DNA of 48,072 nucleotides, from the sequence record DRR378314_231, one strand, 5' to 3'. Position numbers and translations under genes: made by a program. This document shows positions 9,111 through 18,404 of the stretch, piece after piece. Positions within the stretch are counted from its first letter, which is position 1; each line of letters begins with the position of its first letter. Below the pieces are notes generated by a model. That model made no database searches and was not told the DNA's origin. It worked only from the letters and a program-made list of their open reading frames with translations.

Positions 9111-10718
9111 CTGACCAATAATTGGGCAAATTCACCGCAAAGCGCCCTGCTAGACGAGGCAGCCGCCATGCTGGCCAGACAGGAATACCGGGAGGCGCAT
9201 GGATTGTGCATGAAAGCGCTGCAGGCTGACCCGGCAGAGCCGCGCGCCTTTTACCTGCTTGGCATTCTCACGGCGGACCATTCAAATCATTCAAAAGCGA
9301 TTGAGCTGTTTGACCGGGCTCTGGCGGTGGGGACACCCCGTTCGGACATTCTGGCGCAGAAGGCCCGGTGCCAGATCGCCCTGCTCCAGCGGGAAAAAGC
9401 TGTACAGAGCGCTGAGGCGGCGGCGAAGCTGGAACCGGATGACGCGTTCACGCTGGACACGCTTGGTGTCGTCTTCAGCCGGGCCGGCCTGCACGCGCGG
9501 TCCCTAGGTTTTTACCAGCGTGCCACAGATGCGGCGTCGGATGTGGCGGCCTATCACTACAATCATGGCGCGGCACTACAGTTTGCCGGGCGTATGGATG
9601 AAGCGCGCGATGCCTACCGCACATGTCTTGCGCTGGACCCGTCCGATACGCGGGCGCGCGCAGCCATTGTGCAGATCACGAAACAGACAGAAAGTCAGAA
9701 CGAGATCGCTCAGCTGGAGCAGGTTTTCCCGTCGATTGCGGACGATGCCGATGACGCCCTGCGCATCGGCCATGCACTCGCCAAGGCGCATGAAGACCTC
9801 AACCGTCCGGCAGATGCGATGCACTGGCTAGCGCGCGCGAAGGCCGTAAAATGGGCGGGCCTGCACCATGACGAGGCGTTCGATGCGGCTGTGTTCGAGG
9901 CCGCAAAGCGCGCGGCGGATGAGCCGAGAGCTGGCGGTTTTACAGATGCCGCGCCGATCTTCATCGTGGGGATGCCCCGCACCGGCACAACTTTGGTCGA
10001 CCGGATCCTCTCCAGTCACAGCGAGGTCACCTCAGCCGGGGAATTGGCTGATTTCGGCCTCGCCCTGAAACAATTGTCAGGCACGCGGTCGAATTATGTG
10101 CTGGATGCGGAAACCCTGGATGCCGCGGCTCGGGTGGATGCCGCGACGCTGGGCCAGACCTATATGGCGCGGGTGAAGGCCACGCTCGGCCTGTCGGGTC
10201 GGTTCATCGACAAGCTGCCGCTAAACGCGATCTATGCGCCGATTATCCTGTCCGCATTGCCAAACGCGCGGATCATCTGCCTGCGGCGGCATCCGGCCGA
10301 TACGGTGCTCAGCAATTACCGCCAACTGTTCGCGACGCGGTATCCGTATTATGATTACGCGCTGAACCTGGAAGCGACAGCGAACTATTATGTGGGCTTC
10401 GATCGCATGATCCGCCATTTCTCGGACACGCTGCCAGCTGACCGGTTTACACAAGTGCATTATGAGGGCGTCGTGGCAGACATTGAAGGCGAAGCTCGGC
10501 GCCTGCTTGACTTCTGCGGGCTTGCCTTTGAGCCGCAATGTATTGATTTCCATCGGAATGCTGCGCCTGTCGCGACGGCCAGTTCCGCTCAGGTGCGTGA
10601 GCCGCTCTACACACGCGCGCTGGCCCGGTGGAAACGCTACGAAGCCCATCTCGGCCCGGCGCTGGACATATTGGAAGCGGCTGACTGCATCCAGCCAAGC
10701 GAGCGCGCTGCCCCTTAG
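9111..10718 (+). CDS. TPR-repeat sulfotransferase (Sulfotransfer_3 type)
   Basis: N-terminal TPR helices; PIFIVGMPRTGTTLVDRILSSH (5'-PSB loop), FIDKLPLN, RRHPADTVLSNY (3'-PB). Start uncertain: CTG at 9111 follows AAGGAG; the first ATG is at 9168. Confidence 0.9.
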   Translation: MTNNWANSPQSALLDEAAAMLARQEYREAHGLCMKALQADPAEPRAFYLLGILTADHSNHSKAIELFDRALAVGTPRSDILAQKARCQIALLQREKAVQSAEAAAKLEPDDAFTLDTLGVVFSRAGLHARSLGFYQRATDAASDVAAYHYNHGAALQFAGRMDEARDAYRTCLALDPSDTRARAAIVQITKQTESQNEIAQLEQVFPSIADDADDALRIGHALAKAHEDLNRPADAMHWLARAKAVKWAGLHHDEAFDAAVFEAAKRAADEPRAGGFTDAAPIFIVGMPRTGTTLVDRILSSHSEVTSAGELADFGLALKQLSGTRSNYVLDAETLDAAARVDAATLGQTYMARVKATLGLSGRFIDKLPLNAIYAPIILSALPNARIICLRRHPADTVLSNYRQLFATRYPYYDYALNLEATANYYVGFDRMIRHFSDTLPADRFTQVHYEGVVADIEGEARRLLDFCGLAFEPQCIDFHRNAAPVATASSAQVREPLYTRALARWKRYEAHLGPALDILEAADCIQPSERAAP

Positions 10719-10780
10719 GCAACTCTGGTCATAGCTGAGCGAGGCATTAGACTTGTCCCTGACAGAGGGAGTCACACGCC

Positions 10781-11797
10781 ATGAAACACCGCCGCCTCGG
10801 CAAGAGCGCCATTTACGTGTCCGATATCTGCATGGGCACAATGACGTTCGGGTCGCAAACCGATGAAGCCGTATCGCACAAGATCCTGGATGCCTGCTTC
10901 GACGCCGGGATCAACTTCTATGACACGGCAGAAAACTACCCCGTGCCGCCAAAGGTGGACTGGGCCGGGCGGACGGAAGAGATCTTTGGCCGCTGGATGA
11001 AGACCAAGGATCGCGACCGGATCATCGTCGCCACGAAAGTGTGCGGCCCGTCTCATGGATGGATCAAGGGCTCTCAGCGCGGGGAAATGACGGCGCTGGA
11101 CCGACACAATATCCGCCGCGCGATCGAGGCCAGCCTGACACGCCTGCAGACGGACTATGTCGACCTGTACCAGACGCACTGGCCAGATCATGGCACCGAT
11201 TTCGAAGAGACGATGGAAACGCTGGACGATTTGGTTCGCGAGGGAAAAGTTCGCGTCGTCGGCTGCAGCAATGAAGACGCCTGGGGCCTGATGAAAAGTA
11301 TCGAGACGTCCAACCGTCTGGGCACGGTGCGCTATCATACCATTCAGAACAATTTCAGCCTGAACAATCGGCGCTTCGAAGATGCGCTCGCCAAAGTGTG
11401 TCGGCGAGAAGGCGTTAGCCTGATCCCGTACTCACCGCTTGCGGGTGGGGTTCTGTCAGGCAAGTATCAGGACGGCGCGCTTCCGGAAGGCGCACGTTTC
11501 TCCAGCTATCTGCAGCATGGCGGGCGCCAGACACTGATGGCTGGACGCTTCGTGAATGAGAAGTCTCTGGAAGCAACGCGCCGATACATGGACATCGCGA
11601 AGGATGCGGGCATGGCTCCGGTGACGCTTGCCACAGCGTGGTCAAAACAGCATGATTTCGTTGCGTCCACCATTGTTGGCGTTTCCAAATTCGATCAGCT
11701 GGCGGATATACTGGCGGCAGCTGACTTGGAGTTGTCAGACGATGTCATGAAAGCGTGTGATGCGGTTGCCAAGGATGTCATGTATCCGATGGGCTGA
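10781..11797 (+). CDS. Aldo/keto reductase (Tas-like)
   Basis: ICMGTMTFG, GINFYDTAENY, IVATKV, DYVDLYQTHWPD and YSPLAGGVLSGKY motifs. Confidence 0.93.
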   Translation: MKHRRLGKSAIYVSDICMGTMTFGSQTDEAVSHKILDACFDAGINFYDTAENYPVPPKVDWAGRTEEIFGRWMKTKDRDRIIVATKVCGPSHGWIKGSQRGEMTALDRHNIRRAIEASLTRLQTDYVDLYQTHWPDHGTDFEETMETLDDLVREGKVRVVGCSNEDAWGLMKSIETSNRLGTVRYHTIQNNFSLNNRRFEDALAKVCRREGVSLIPYSPLAGGVLSGKYQDGALPEGARFSSYLQHGGRQTLMAGRFVNEKSLEATRRYMDIAKDAGMAPVTLATAWSKQHDFVASTIVGVSKFDQLADILAAADLELSDDVMKACDAVAKDVMYPMG

Positions 11798-11801
11798 GGT
11801 T

Positions 11802-11853
11802 TAAAAAGGTCGAGCCCCCACCCGCTTCTGTGTCGGATGGAGGCTCTTCCTTT
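11802..11853. terminator. Probable bidirectional terminator between the AKR gene and ftsK
   Basis: Imperfect long stem GAGCC..CCACCCG/CGGATGG..GGCTC flanked by an A-run and a T-rich run between convergent genes. Confidence 0.5.
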
Positions 11854-11876
11854 GTGACCCACCAAAGCTTGTGGGA

Positions 11877-14336
11877 CTATTCCGGGCTTGGCCGTGCGCT
11901 GGCGAGAACTTCCCGCTTGCCAGCATGGTTCGGCGCAGAGATCGCGCCTTCTTCTTCCAGTCTGTCGATAACACCAGCCGCCTTGTTGTAGCCGATCTTC
12001 AGGCGACGTTGGAGATATGAGGTCGAGGCGCGCTGGTCACGCACAACAATGGCAAGCGCTTGGGCGTAGAGGTCATCCTCTTCGTCGCCGGAACTGGTGC
12101 CGAGCATCGCATCCATGACAGCTGATCCTGTGGAACCATCATCGGGCGCTTCGAGCACATCCATGACATAGTCAGGCTCACCTTGCTCCTTGAGCCAATC
12201 GACAACAGATCCAACTTCCTCATCCGATACAAACGGGCCATGAAGACGTTGGGACTTCTTGCCGGGAGCCTGGTAGAGCAAGTCACCCATGCCGAGCAAT
12301 TGTTCCGCACCCTGCTCACCAAGGATCGTCCGGGAGTCGATCTTCGTGGTGACCATATAGGAGATCCGTGTCGGGAAGTTCGCTTTGATCGTACCCGTAA
12401 TAACGTCTACCGATGGACGCTGCGTGGCCGTGATCAGGTGAATGCCCGCGGCACGCGCCATCTGTGCAAGTCGCTGAACACAGCCCTCAATTTCCTTGCC
12501 GGCAACCATCATGAGGTCTGCCATCTCGTCGATAACGACAACGATGTTGGGAATATGATCTGTAGGCAGAACTTCAGACTCATAAACCGGCTTGCCGTGC
12601 TCGTCGAAGCCTGTCTGCACCTTGCGGATCAGTTCGTCGCCATTGTTGCGATACTTGGCGGCCTTGTCGTTGAAGCCAGCCAGGTTCCGAACACCTGCCT
12701 TGGACATCAGCTCATACCGGCTTTCCATCTCGCGCACAGTCCACTGCAGCGCGTTCACGGCCTTCTTCGGATCGGTCACGACCGGGGCCAGCAGGTGTGG
12801 AATGCCCTCATAGATCGACAGTTCGAGCATTTTGGGGTCGATCATGATAAAGCGGCACTGCTCTGGCGAATGGCGGTAGAGCAGTGACAGGATCATTGCG
12901 TTTACACCGACCGATTTACCGGATCCGGTTGTACCCGCGATCAGCAAGTGAGGCATCTTGGACAGGTCGACCACGGTGGGCACACCGCCAATGTCTTCAC
13001 CCAGCGCCATCGGCAGGCTGGCCCGCGTTCCGACATAGGCTTCGGACTGGAGCAGTGTGCGCAGGAAGACCGTATCGCGATCCTCGTTCGGCAGCTCGAT
13101 CCCGATGGCATTCTTGCCGGGCACGACGGCCACACGGGCAGAGATGGCGCTCATTGACCGGGCAATATCGTCTGCGAGAGAGATCACGCGAGATGATTTG
13201 ACGCCGGGGGCGGGCTCCATCTCGAACAAGGTAATCACCGGGCCTGGGCGCACTTCCTTGATACGGCCGCGCACGCCGAACTCTTTCAGCACATCTGTCA
13301 GGCGCGCAGCCTTTTCGAGCAGGGCATCCTCGTCCACCGTGTCGCCGCGCTCCTCTGGCATCTGGAGCAGGTCGATGGAAGGCAGGCGTGTTGATTTGCG
13401 GCGACGTTCGGATTTGGTCACGCGCGGCTGGCTCGGCGCCTTTGGTTTCGACACAGGTACAGACAGGCGACGCGTCTGGATGGGTTCGAAATCGTCGTCC
13501 TCATCTTCATACATCTCATCCTCATCGAGGGACGTCTCGTCTTCCTCGTAGGACTCGTCGTCTTCCTCGTCGTAGTCGACATCATATGAGTCTGCATCGG
13601 CGTACTCCTCATCTCCTTTGACGACGCGTGCGCCGCGGTTGACGCGTTCCACCTCTTCCTCATCCACTTCCTGGGCCTTTGGCTTGAAGTGCGAAGCGAC
13701 AGAAACGAGGAAGCCACCAATACCGGTTGCCTTGCGCGCGGCATGACGCCCGGACTGTGTCGCGGCATGCTGCAACAATTGCGCATCGCGGCGACGGAAA
13801 CCCATGGCCGACAAGGCGGCCCACATGGAGGCCGCGCCGAGCAAGGCCCCCGCCCAGGTGTTCGGTGATGGTAAGAGCAAGGCGCGGAAGGGCATGGAGG
13901 CGTAATAGAATAGCGCATCCCCGACCATGCCGCCGAGCCCTGCGGACAATGGCCAGGATTCCGGCACGGGCCATGCCGCGAAAAATGCAGCGGAAAGCGG
14001 CACAAACGCAAAACCCATCAGCCAACGGCGCACGCGCGGCATGCCGATCAACACAGTACGCATGGCGCCGCCAATCATCATGGCAAGACCCGCCGCCCAG
14101 GCTGACCAGCCGAGCATCTGCCGCGACAAATCCGCAAAGATCGCGCCGGGCCCGCCGAACAGGTTTTGAACTTCCGCGTCTGTTGCTGCATTCCAGCTGG
14201 GATCGCTGGGCATGTAGGAGCCAACGCTTCCGCAGATGAATACGCCCAGACCGAAGGCCGCCGCCCCTGTCAGGATCCGCCAGATCGGGTCACTAACACT
14301 TGGGAGGTCATCTTCAGTGTAAACGTAATCTGTCAT
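11877..14336 (-). CDS. ftsK: DNA translocase FtsK
   Basis: 4TM N-terminal domain, GPVITLFE.EPAPGVK, Walker A AGTTGSGKS, IDEMADLM, ATQRPSVDVITG, gamma domain ASTSYLQRRLKIGYNKAA. Confidence 0.97.
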   Translation of the reverse strand: MTDYVYTEDDLPSVSDPIWRILTGAAAFGLGVFICGSVGSYMPSDPSWNAATDAEVQNLFGGPGAIFADLSRQMLGWSAWAAGLAMMIGGAMRTVLIGMPRVRRWLMGFAFVPLSAAFFAAWPVPESWPLSAGLGGMVGDALFYYASMPFRALLLPSPNTWAGALLGAASMWAALSAMGFRRRDAQLLQHAATQSGRHAARKATGIGGFLVSVASHFKPKAQEVDEEEVERVNRGARVVKGDEEYADADSYDVDYDEEDDESYEEDETSLDEDEMYEDEDDDFEPIQTRRLSVPVSKPKAPSQPRVTKSERRRKSTRLPSIDLLQMPEERGDTVDEDALLEKAARLTDVLKEFGVRGRIKEVRPGPVITLFEMEPAPGVKSSRVISLADDIARSMSAISARVAVVPGKNAIGIELPNEDRDTVFLRTLLQSEAYVGTRASLPMALGEDIGGVPTVVDLSKMPHLLIAGTTGSGKSVGVNAMILSLLYRHSPEQCRFIMIDPKMLELSIYEGIPHLLAPVVTDPKKAVNALQWTVREMESRYELMSKAGVRNLAGFNDKAAKYRNNGDELIRKVQTGFDEHGKPVYESEVLPTDHIPNIVVVIDEMADLMMVAGKEIEGCVQRLAQMARAAGIHLITATQRPSVDVITGTIKANFPTRISYMVTTKIDSRTILGEQGAEQLLGMGDLLYQAPGKKSQRLHGPFVSDEEVGSVVDWLKEQGEPDYVMDVLEAPDDGSTGSAVMDAMLGTSSGDEEDDLYAQALAIVVRDQRASTSYLQRRLKIGYNKAAGVIDRLEEEGAISAPNHAGKREVLASARPSPE

Positions 14337-14549
14337 GGGGTGAGGCATCTCCACTGGGGTCGCGGGGGAGCCCTCACTCTGCCGCAACACGCTTAACGCC
14401 CGGCAAACGCGCGTAAAACTTTTGCAGCGCGCAAATTAACTTTTCGGAGACCATGAGTGCCTGGACCTTGATGATTTTGAAGACCGAATTGATCCAGATC
14501 AAGAAGGCTGATCGCGTGTGCGGAATCGCGTGTATTCTCTGTAACCTTG

Positions 14550-14578
14550 GGAACTCTCAGGCCGGGGGCGCCATTGAT
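14550..14578 (+). promoter_or_regulatory. ECF sigma (SigT/EcfG-type) promoter GGAAC-N17-CATTGAT for the fasciclin gene
   Basis: GGAAC tctcaggccgggggcgc CATTGATCG, ending 32 nt before the ATG at 14611. Confidence 0.7.
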
Positions 14579-14610
14579 CGAGCGAGACCAACCCCAAAGG
14601 AGAGCTCGAT

Positions 14611-15486
14611 ATGAAACGCACACTGATCGTTCCCGCAACCATCGCCCTATTAACCGGTATGGCCGCTACGGCGCAGGAAACTAACGAATCCGCCGCAGAA
14701 ATTAACACCTCGGCCGCAATCGAGGCAGAGGTAGACGTAAACACTGATGAAAGGTCTGTTGAAGAGCTGAACGCGCTTCAGCTGGATGTTCTTGAATCAT
14801 CTGACACGACCGAGGCCAGCGAAGAGCAGATATTCACCGCGCAGGCAGACACCGACACGATGACGGCCGGTGCTGATCGCAAACATCCGACCGGCGACAC
14901 CAAGTCCCATGAATGGGACAAGGCCGACATGGACAAGCAGGTCACCGCAGAGGCTGATCTGGAAGCCGATACAGAAATGGGTATGGGCGGACCTGATTAC
15001 GCGTCTGAAACCGACGCGATGACCGATACCGCGATGCAGGGCACTATCGCCCAGCTTGCCTCTGAAGACGCCCGCTTCACGACCCTCGTTGCACTGGTTG
15101 AACAGGCCGGCCTGAATGAAAAACTGGACGCCGATGGCGAATACACTGTCTTCGCGCCGACGAATGCCGCCTTTGAAAAGCTGGACCCTGAACTGGTCAC
15201 CAAGCTGAAATCCGGTGAGGCCAACGACACGCTGAAATCAATTCTGAAGACGCATGTCGTCGAGGGTGAAACCATGAGCAGCGCGCTGGTCGAAGGCGAC
15301 AACACAGTCGCCACGATGGCAGACGCAGACTTGATTGTCCGCAAGACAGGCGACAGCGTTACAATTGGCAATGCGACGGTCGTCGCTGCTGACATCGACG
15401 CATCAAATGGTGTGATCCACGCAGTCGATACGGTCATCATTCCAGCTGATCTGGAGCTGACCGACGAAGAAGAGACAGAGTCATAA
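14611..15486 (+). CDS. Secreted fasciclin (FAS1) domain protein with a long acidic N-terminal extension
   Basis: Signal peptide; FTTLVALV..AGL, YTVFAPTNAAF, ILKTHVVEG and DIDASNGVIHAVDTVIIP motifs; SD AAAGGAG. Confidence 0.92.
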   Translation: MKRTLIVPATIALLTGMAATAQETNESAAEINTSAAIEAEVDVNTDERSVEELNALQLDVLESSDTTEASEEQIFTAQADTDTMTAGADRKHPTGDTKSHEWDKADMDKQVTAEADLEADTEMGMGGPDYASETDAMTDTAMQGTIAQLASEDARFTTLVALVEQAGLNEKLDADGEYTVFAPTNAAFEKLDPELVTKLKSGEANDTLKSILKTHVVEGETMSSALVEGDNTVATMADADLIVRKTGDSVTIGNATVVAADIDASNGVIHAVDTVIIPADLELTDEEETES

Positions 15487-15516
15487 GGCTCCTCCCCTTC
15501 TGGCCATTGTGCCAAG

Positions 15517-15558
15517 GAAAAAGCCCCGGCAGATCGCTCTGCCGGGGCTTCTTTCTTG
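15517..15558. terminator. Bidirectional intrinsic terminator (fasciclin / amtB)
   Basis: Perfect 13-bp stem AAGCCCCGGCAGA/TCTGCCGGGGCTT with a 4-nt loop, A-run before and T-rich run after. Confidence 0.9.
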
Positions 15559-15572
15559 GGAGGTTACGCAGT

Positions 15573-16952
15573 TTAGTTTGCAAACTCCGGATAGGCTTCT
15601 AGGCCGATCTCGGACTTGTCGAGACCGAGTTCCTCTTCCTCGGCCGTCGGACGCACGCCGATGGTGAGCTTGAGAACGTACCAGATGATGGCAGACACGA
15701 TCATCACGAAGACACCGGTCAGAACCACGCCGACCAGCTGGCCGATATAGTTCGGGTCGCCAGCTTCGTTCGGCATGATGGCGTTCGTGTACGAGAACGG
15801 AACCACCATTGTGCCCCAGATGCCGCAGACGAGGTGAGCCGGGATTGCGCCGACCACATCGTCGATCTTGAACTTGTCGAGCAGCGGTACGGAGACAACA
15901 ACCAGGACACCACCGACAGCGCCGATGAGTATGGACGCCCCCATGCTTGGTGCCAGCGGCTCAGCCGTGATGGACACCAGACCACCGATCGCACCATTGA
16001 AGACCATCGTGGCGTCGATCTTGCCCTTGTACAGGATGGCTGTCGTGAACATTGCCGCGATTACGCCACCTGCTGCAGCGAGGTTCGTGTTGGCGAAGAT
16101 CTGGCTGACGGAGTTGATGTCAGCGATAGAGCCAGCGGCCAACTGGGACGCACCGTTGAAGCCGAACCAACCGAACCAGAGGATAAACGTACCGAGAGCG
16201 GCGAGCGGGATGTTGTTGCCCGGCATCGGATTCACCTGCTTGCCGAAATACTTGCCGATACGTGGCCCGATGATGATGGCGCCTGCCAGAGCTGCCCAGC
16301 CACCGGTTGAGTGAACCAGAGTAGAGCCAGCAAAGTCAGAGAAGTCCCAAGCGGAGTCGAGGTAACCACCACCCCACTCCCAGGATGCCACGATCGGATA
16401 GATGAAGGCGGTCAGCAGGGCTGTGAAGATCAGGAATGGCCAGATTTTCACGCGTTCAGCGATCGTACCTGACACGATGGATGCGGCCGTTGCCACAAAG
16501 ACCATCTGGAAGAACCAGTCAGAAGCAGCCGCATAATCCCCGTGCGACTCTTCAAGTGGTGCGCTGGACCAGATGAAATCCGGAATGCCGAACAGGCCGG
16601 CGGCGACTGTGGCAGATGGGTAGGCCATATTATAGCCGATCAGCCAGAACATGATGCCCGCAACAGAGAACAGGGCGACGTTCTTGGTCGACTGCATTGC
16701 CGCGTTCTTGGAGCGGACAAGGCCTGCCTCCAGCATGCAGAAACCGGCAGCCATGAACATCACGATGATGCCGCCAATCAGGAACAGGTAGCTATTGTCG
16801 ACATAGGCGCTGGCACTTCCAGCAACGCTCTCTTCGAGCGCCGCAAGCCGGGCTTCCATGTCAGCATCCTGGGCATAAGCTGCTGCGCTTGCCATGATAG
16901 CGGCTGGCAGCAACGCTGCTCCGCGTATTGTATTTTTTAATGTTTGGCCCAT
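15573..16952 (-). CDS. amtB: Ammonium transporter
   Basis: FMAAGFCMLEAG, FFQMVFVATAASIVSG..AER, DFAGSTLVH, LWFGWFGFNG, IDDVVGAIPAH; SD GAAGGAGG before ATG at 16952. Confidence 0.96.
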   Translation of the reverse strand: MGQTLKNTIRGAALLPAAIMASAAAYAQDADMEARLAALEESVAGSASAYVDNSYLFLIGGIIVMFMAAGFCMLEAGLVRSKNAAMQSTKNVALFSVAGIMFWLIGYNMAYPSATVAAGLFGIPDFIWSSAPLEESHGDYAAASDWFFQMVFVATAASIVSGTIAERVKIWPFLIFTALLTAFIYPIVASWEWGGGYLDSAWDFSDFAGSTLVHSTGGWAALAGAIIIGPRIGKYFGKQVNPMPGNNIPLAALGTFILWFGWFGFNGASQLAAGSIADINSVSQIFANTNLAAAGGVIAAMFTTAILYKGKIDATMVFNGAIGGLVSITAEPLAPSMGASILIGAVGGVLVVVSVPLLDKFKIDDVVGAIPAHLVCGIWGTMVVPFSYTNAIMPNEAGDPNYIGQLVGVVLTGVFVMIVSAIIWYVLKLTIGVRPTAEEEELGLDKSEIGLEAYPEFAN

Positions 16953-17165
16953 CGGCCCCTCCTTCGTCACGAGACTGCAGAGCTCGGGACCCCCCGCGCT
17001 CTCCCAGAACCGATATGATTGCGGGCCCGTGCGAATGTCGCACCAGCATGGGGGATGACCGGTCTTTCTGGGGGGGCATGGTCAAAGCATGGGCAGTGAT
17101 GCGGCGAATCGCCTAAAACTCCATCATCGCTGGACGATTGCTAACAGCGTCACTAGCTAAGGCTC

Positions 17166-18404
17166 ATGACTCAAACGCACCCCCGGTCTGACCAGACGTA
17201 TGACCTCGCCATCATCGGCGCTGGCCCCGTAGGTACGACGCTTGCCATCTTGGCAGCGCAGCGAGGATTTTCGGTCGCGCTTGTTGATGCGCGCGACCCG
17301 GACGTCGCGCCACGCCCGGATACTCGCACCTTTGCGATTGTGCGCGGCAGCTGGCGTTTGCTGGGCGCAGCTGGCGTTACAGACGCGCTCTGCGGATCGA
17401 CTGAACCCCTCAACGGTCTTGAAGCAGTCGATGGCGGAACCCATTGGTTCGGTGCGCCCGGCGTGTTGTTCGGCAATGAAGACCTGCCCGACGATCCGGA
17501 CGGCCAACCCCTCGGGCAGATGGTACCCGCCGCCGCGCTGCAGGCGGCGCTAGATGGCACATGCGCAGACATGGACCAGATCCACTGGATCCGCGGAAAA
17601 CTGTTCCGGGACATGGAAACGGGCAATGCCGGGGCGATTCTCACCCTGTCTGACGAAACACAAATCAGCGCACGGCTCGTCGCGGCCTGTGATGGCATGA
17701 AATCGGCGGTGCGCGAGTCGGTGGGGACCACGACCGAAGGACACGATTACAATCAGTCTGTCTTTGCGGCGAACGTGAAGCTGGATCGCCCGCATGAAGG
17801 CATTGCGCGCCAATTGTTCACGCCCGAAGGCCCATTCGCCACGCTGCCTATGCCTGACAATCGCGCCAATCTTGCCTGGTACATGAAACGCGGCGCGGCA
17901 GAGGCAATTGCTGCCATGCCTGTTGAAGACATCAATGCCGAATTGAATGCCCGATTTGCTGACTTTGCCGGGCCCATGGAAATTGATGGTCCCTATTCCG
18001 CCTATCCACTTGTCATGCAATTGGCGACGCGGATGGTAGGGCCTCGCACCGCGCTGGTCGGCGATGCTGCACACCGGATCAATCCGCTGGCGGGACAGGG
18101 GCTTAATCTGGGCTTCAAGGATGTTGGTGCGCTGATTGATGTCATGTGTGACGCGCGGGATGTGGGCTTGGATCCGGGATCGGATGTGAGCTTGGAGCGT
18201 TACGAGAAATGGCGCCGGTTTGATGCAACGGCGGCCGCCATGTTCATGGATGGTATCGACAAGGCCTTCACGAATGACAGCGCGGTTCTTAAGCCCCTTC
18301 GGGGTCTTGCGCTTTCCCTCGCGCAAAAAATCACCCCACTACGTCAAGCACTCGCCCGCCAGGCAAGCGCCGATCAGGCCCATCTGCCGAGCTTGATGCG
18401 CTAG
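17166..18404 (+). CDS. FAD-dependent ubiquinone-biosynthesis hydroxylase (UbiH/UbiL/COQ6 family)
   Basis: GAGPVG Rossmann motif, ACDG..SAVR, ALVGDAAHRINPLAGQGLNLG, RRFD. Confidence 0.88.
   Translation: MTQTHPRSDQTYDLAIIGAGPVGTTLAILAAQRGFSVALVDARDPDVAPRPDTRTFAIVRGSWRLLGAAGVTDALCGSTEPLNGLEAVDGGTHWFGAPGVLFGNEDLPDDPDGQPLGQMVPAAALQAALDGTCADMDQIHWIRGKLFRDMETGNAGAILTLSDETQISARLVAACDGMKSAVRESVGTTTEGHDYNQSVFAANVKLDRPHEGIARQLFTPEGPFATLPMPDNRANLAWYMKRGAAEAIAAMPVEDINAELNARFADFAGPMEIDGPYSAYPLVMQLATRMVGPRTALVGDAAHRINPLAGQGLNLGFKDVGALIDVMCDARDVGLDPGSDVSLERYEKWRRFDATAAAMFMDGIDKAFTNDSAVLKPLRGLALSLAQKITPLRQALARQASADQAHLPSLMR

Noticed and set aside
14391-14445. TTAAC half-sites upstream of ftsK as CtrA boxes
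   Set aside because: No full TTAA-N7-TTAAC (best match 7/9); plausible but too weak to call.
17018-17036. TCGCACGggcccGCAAT upstream of amtB (minus strand), sigma54-like
   Set aside because: It lacks the invariant GG and the spacing is one base short.
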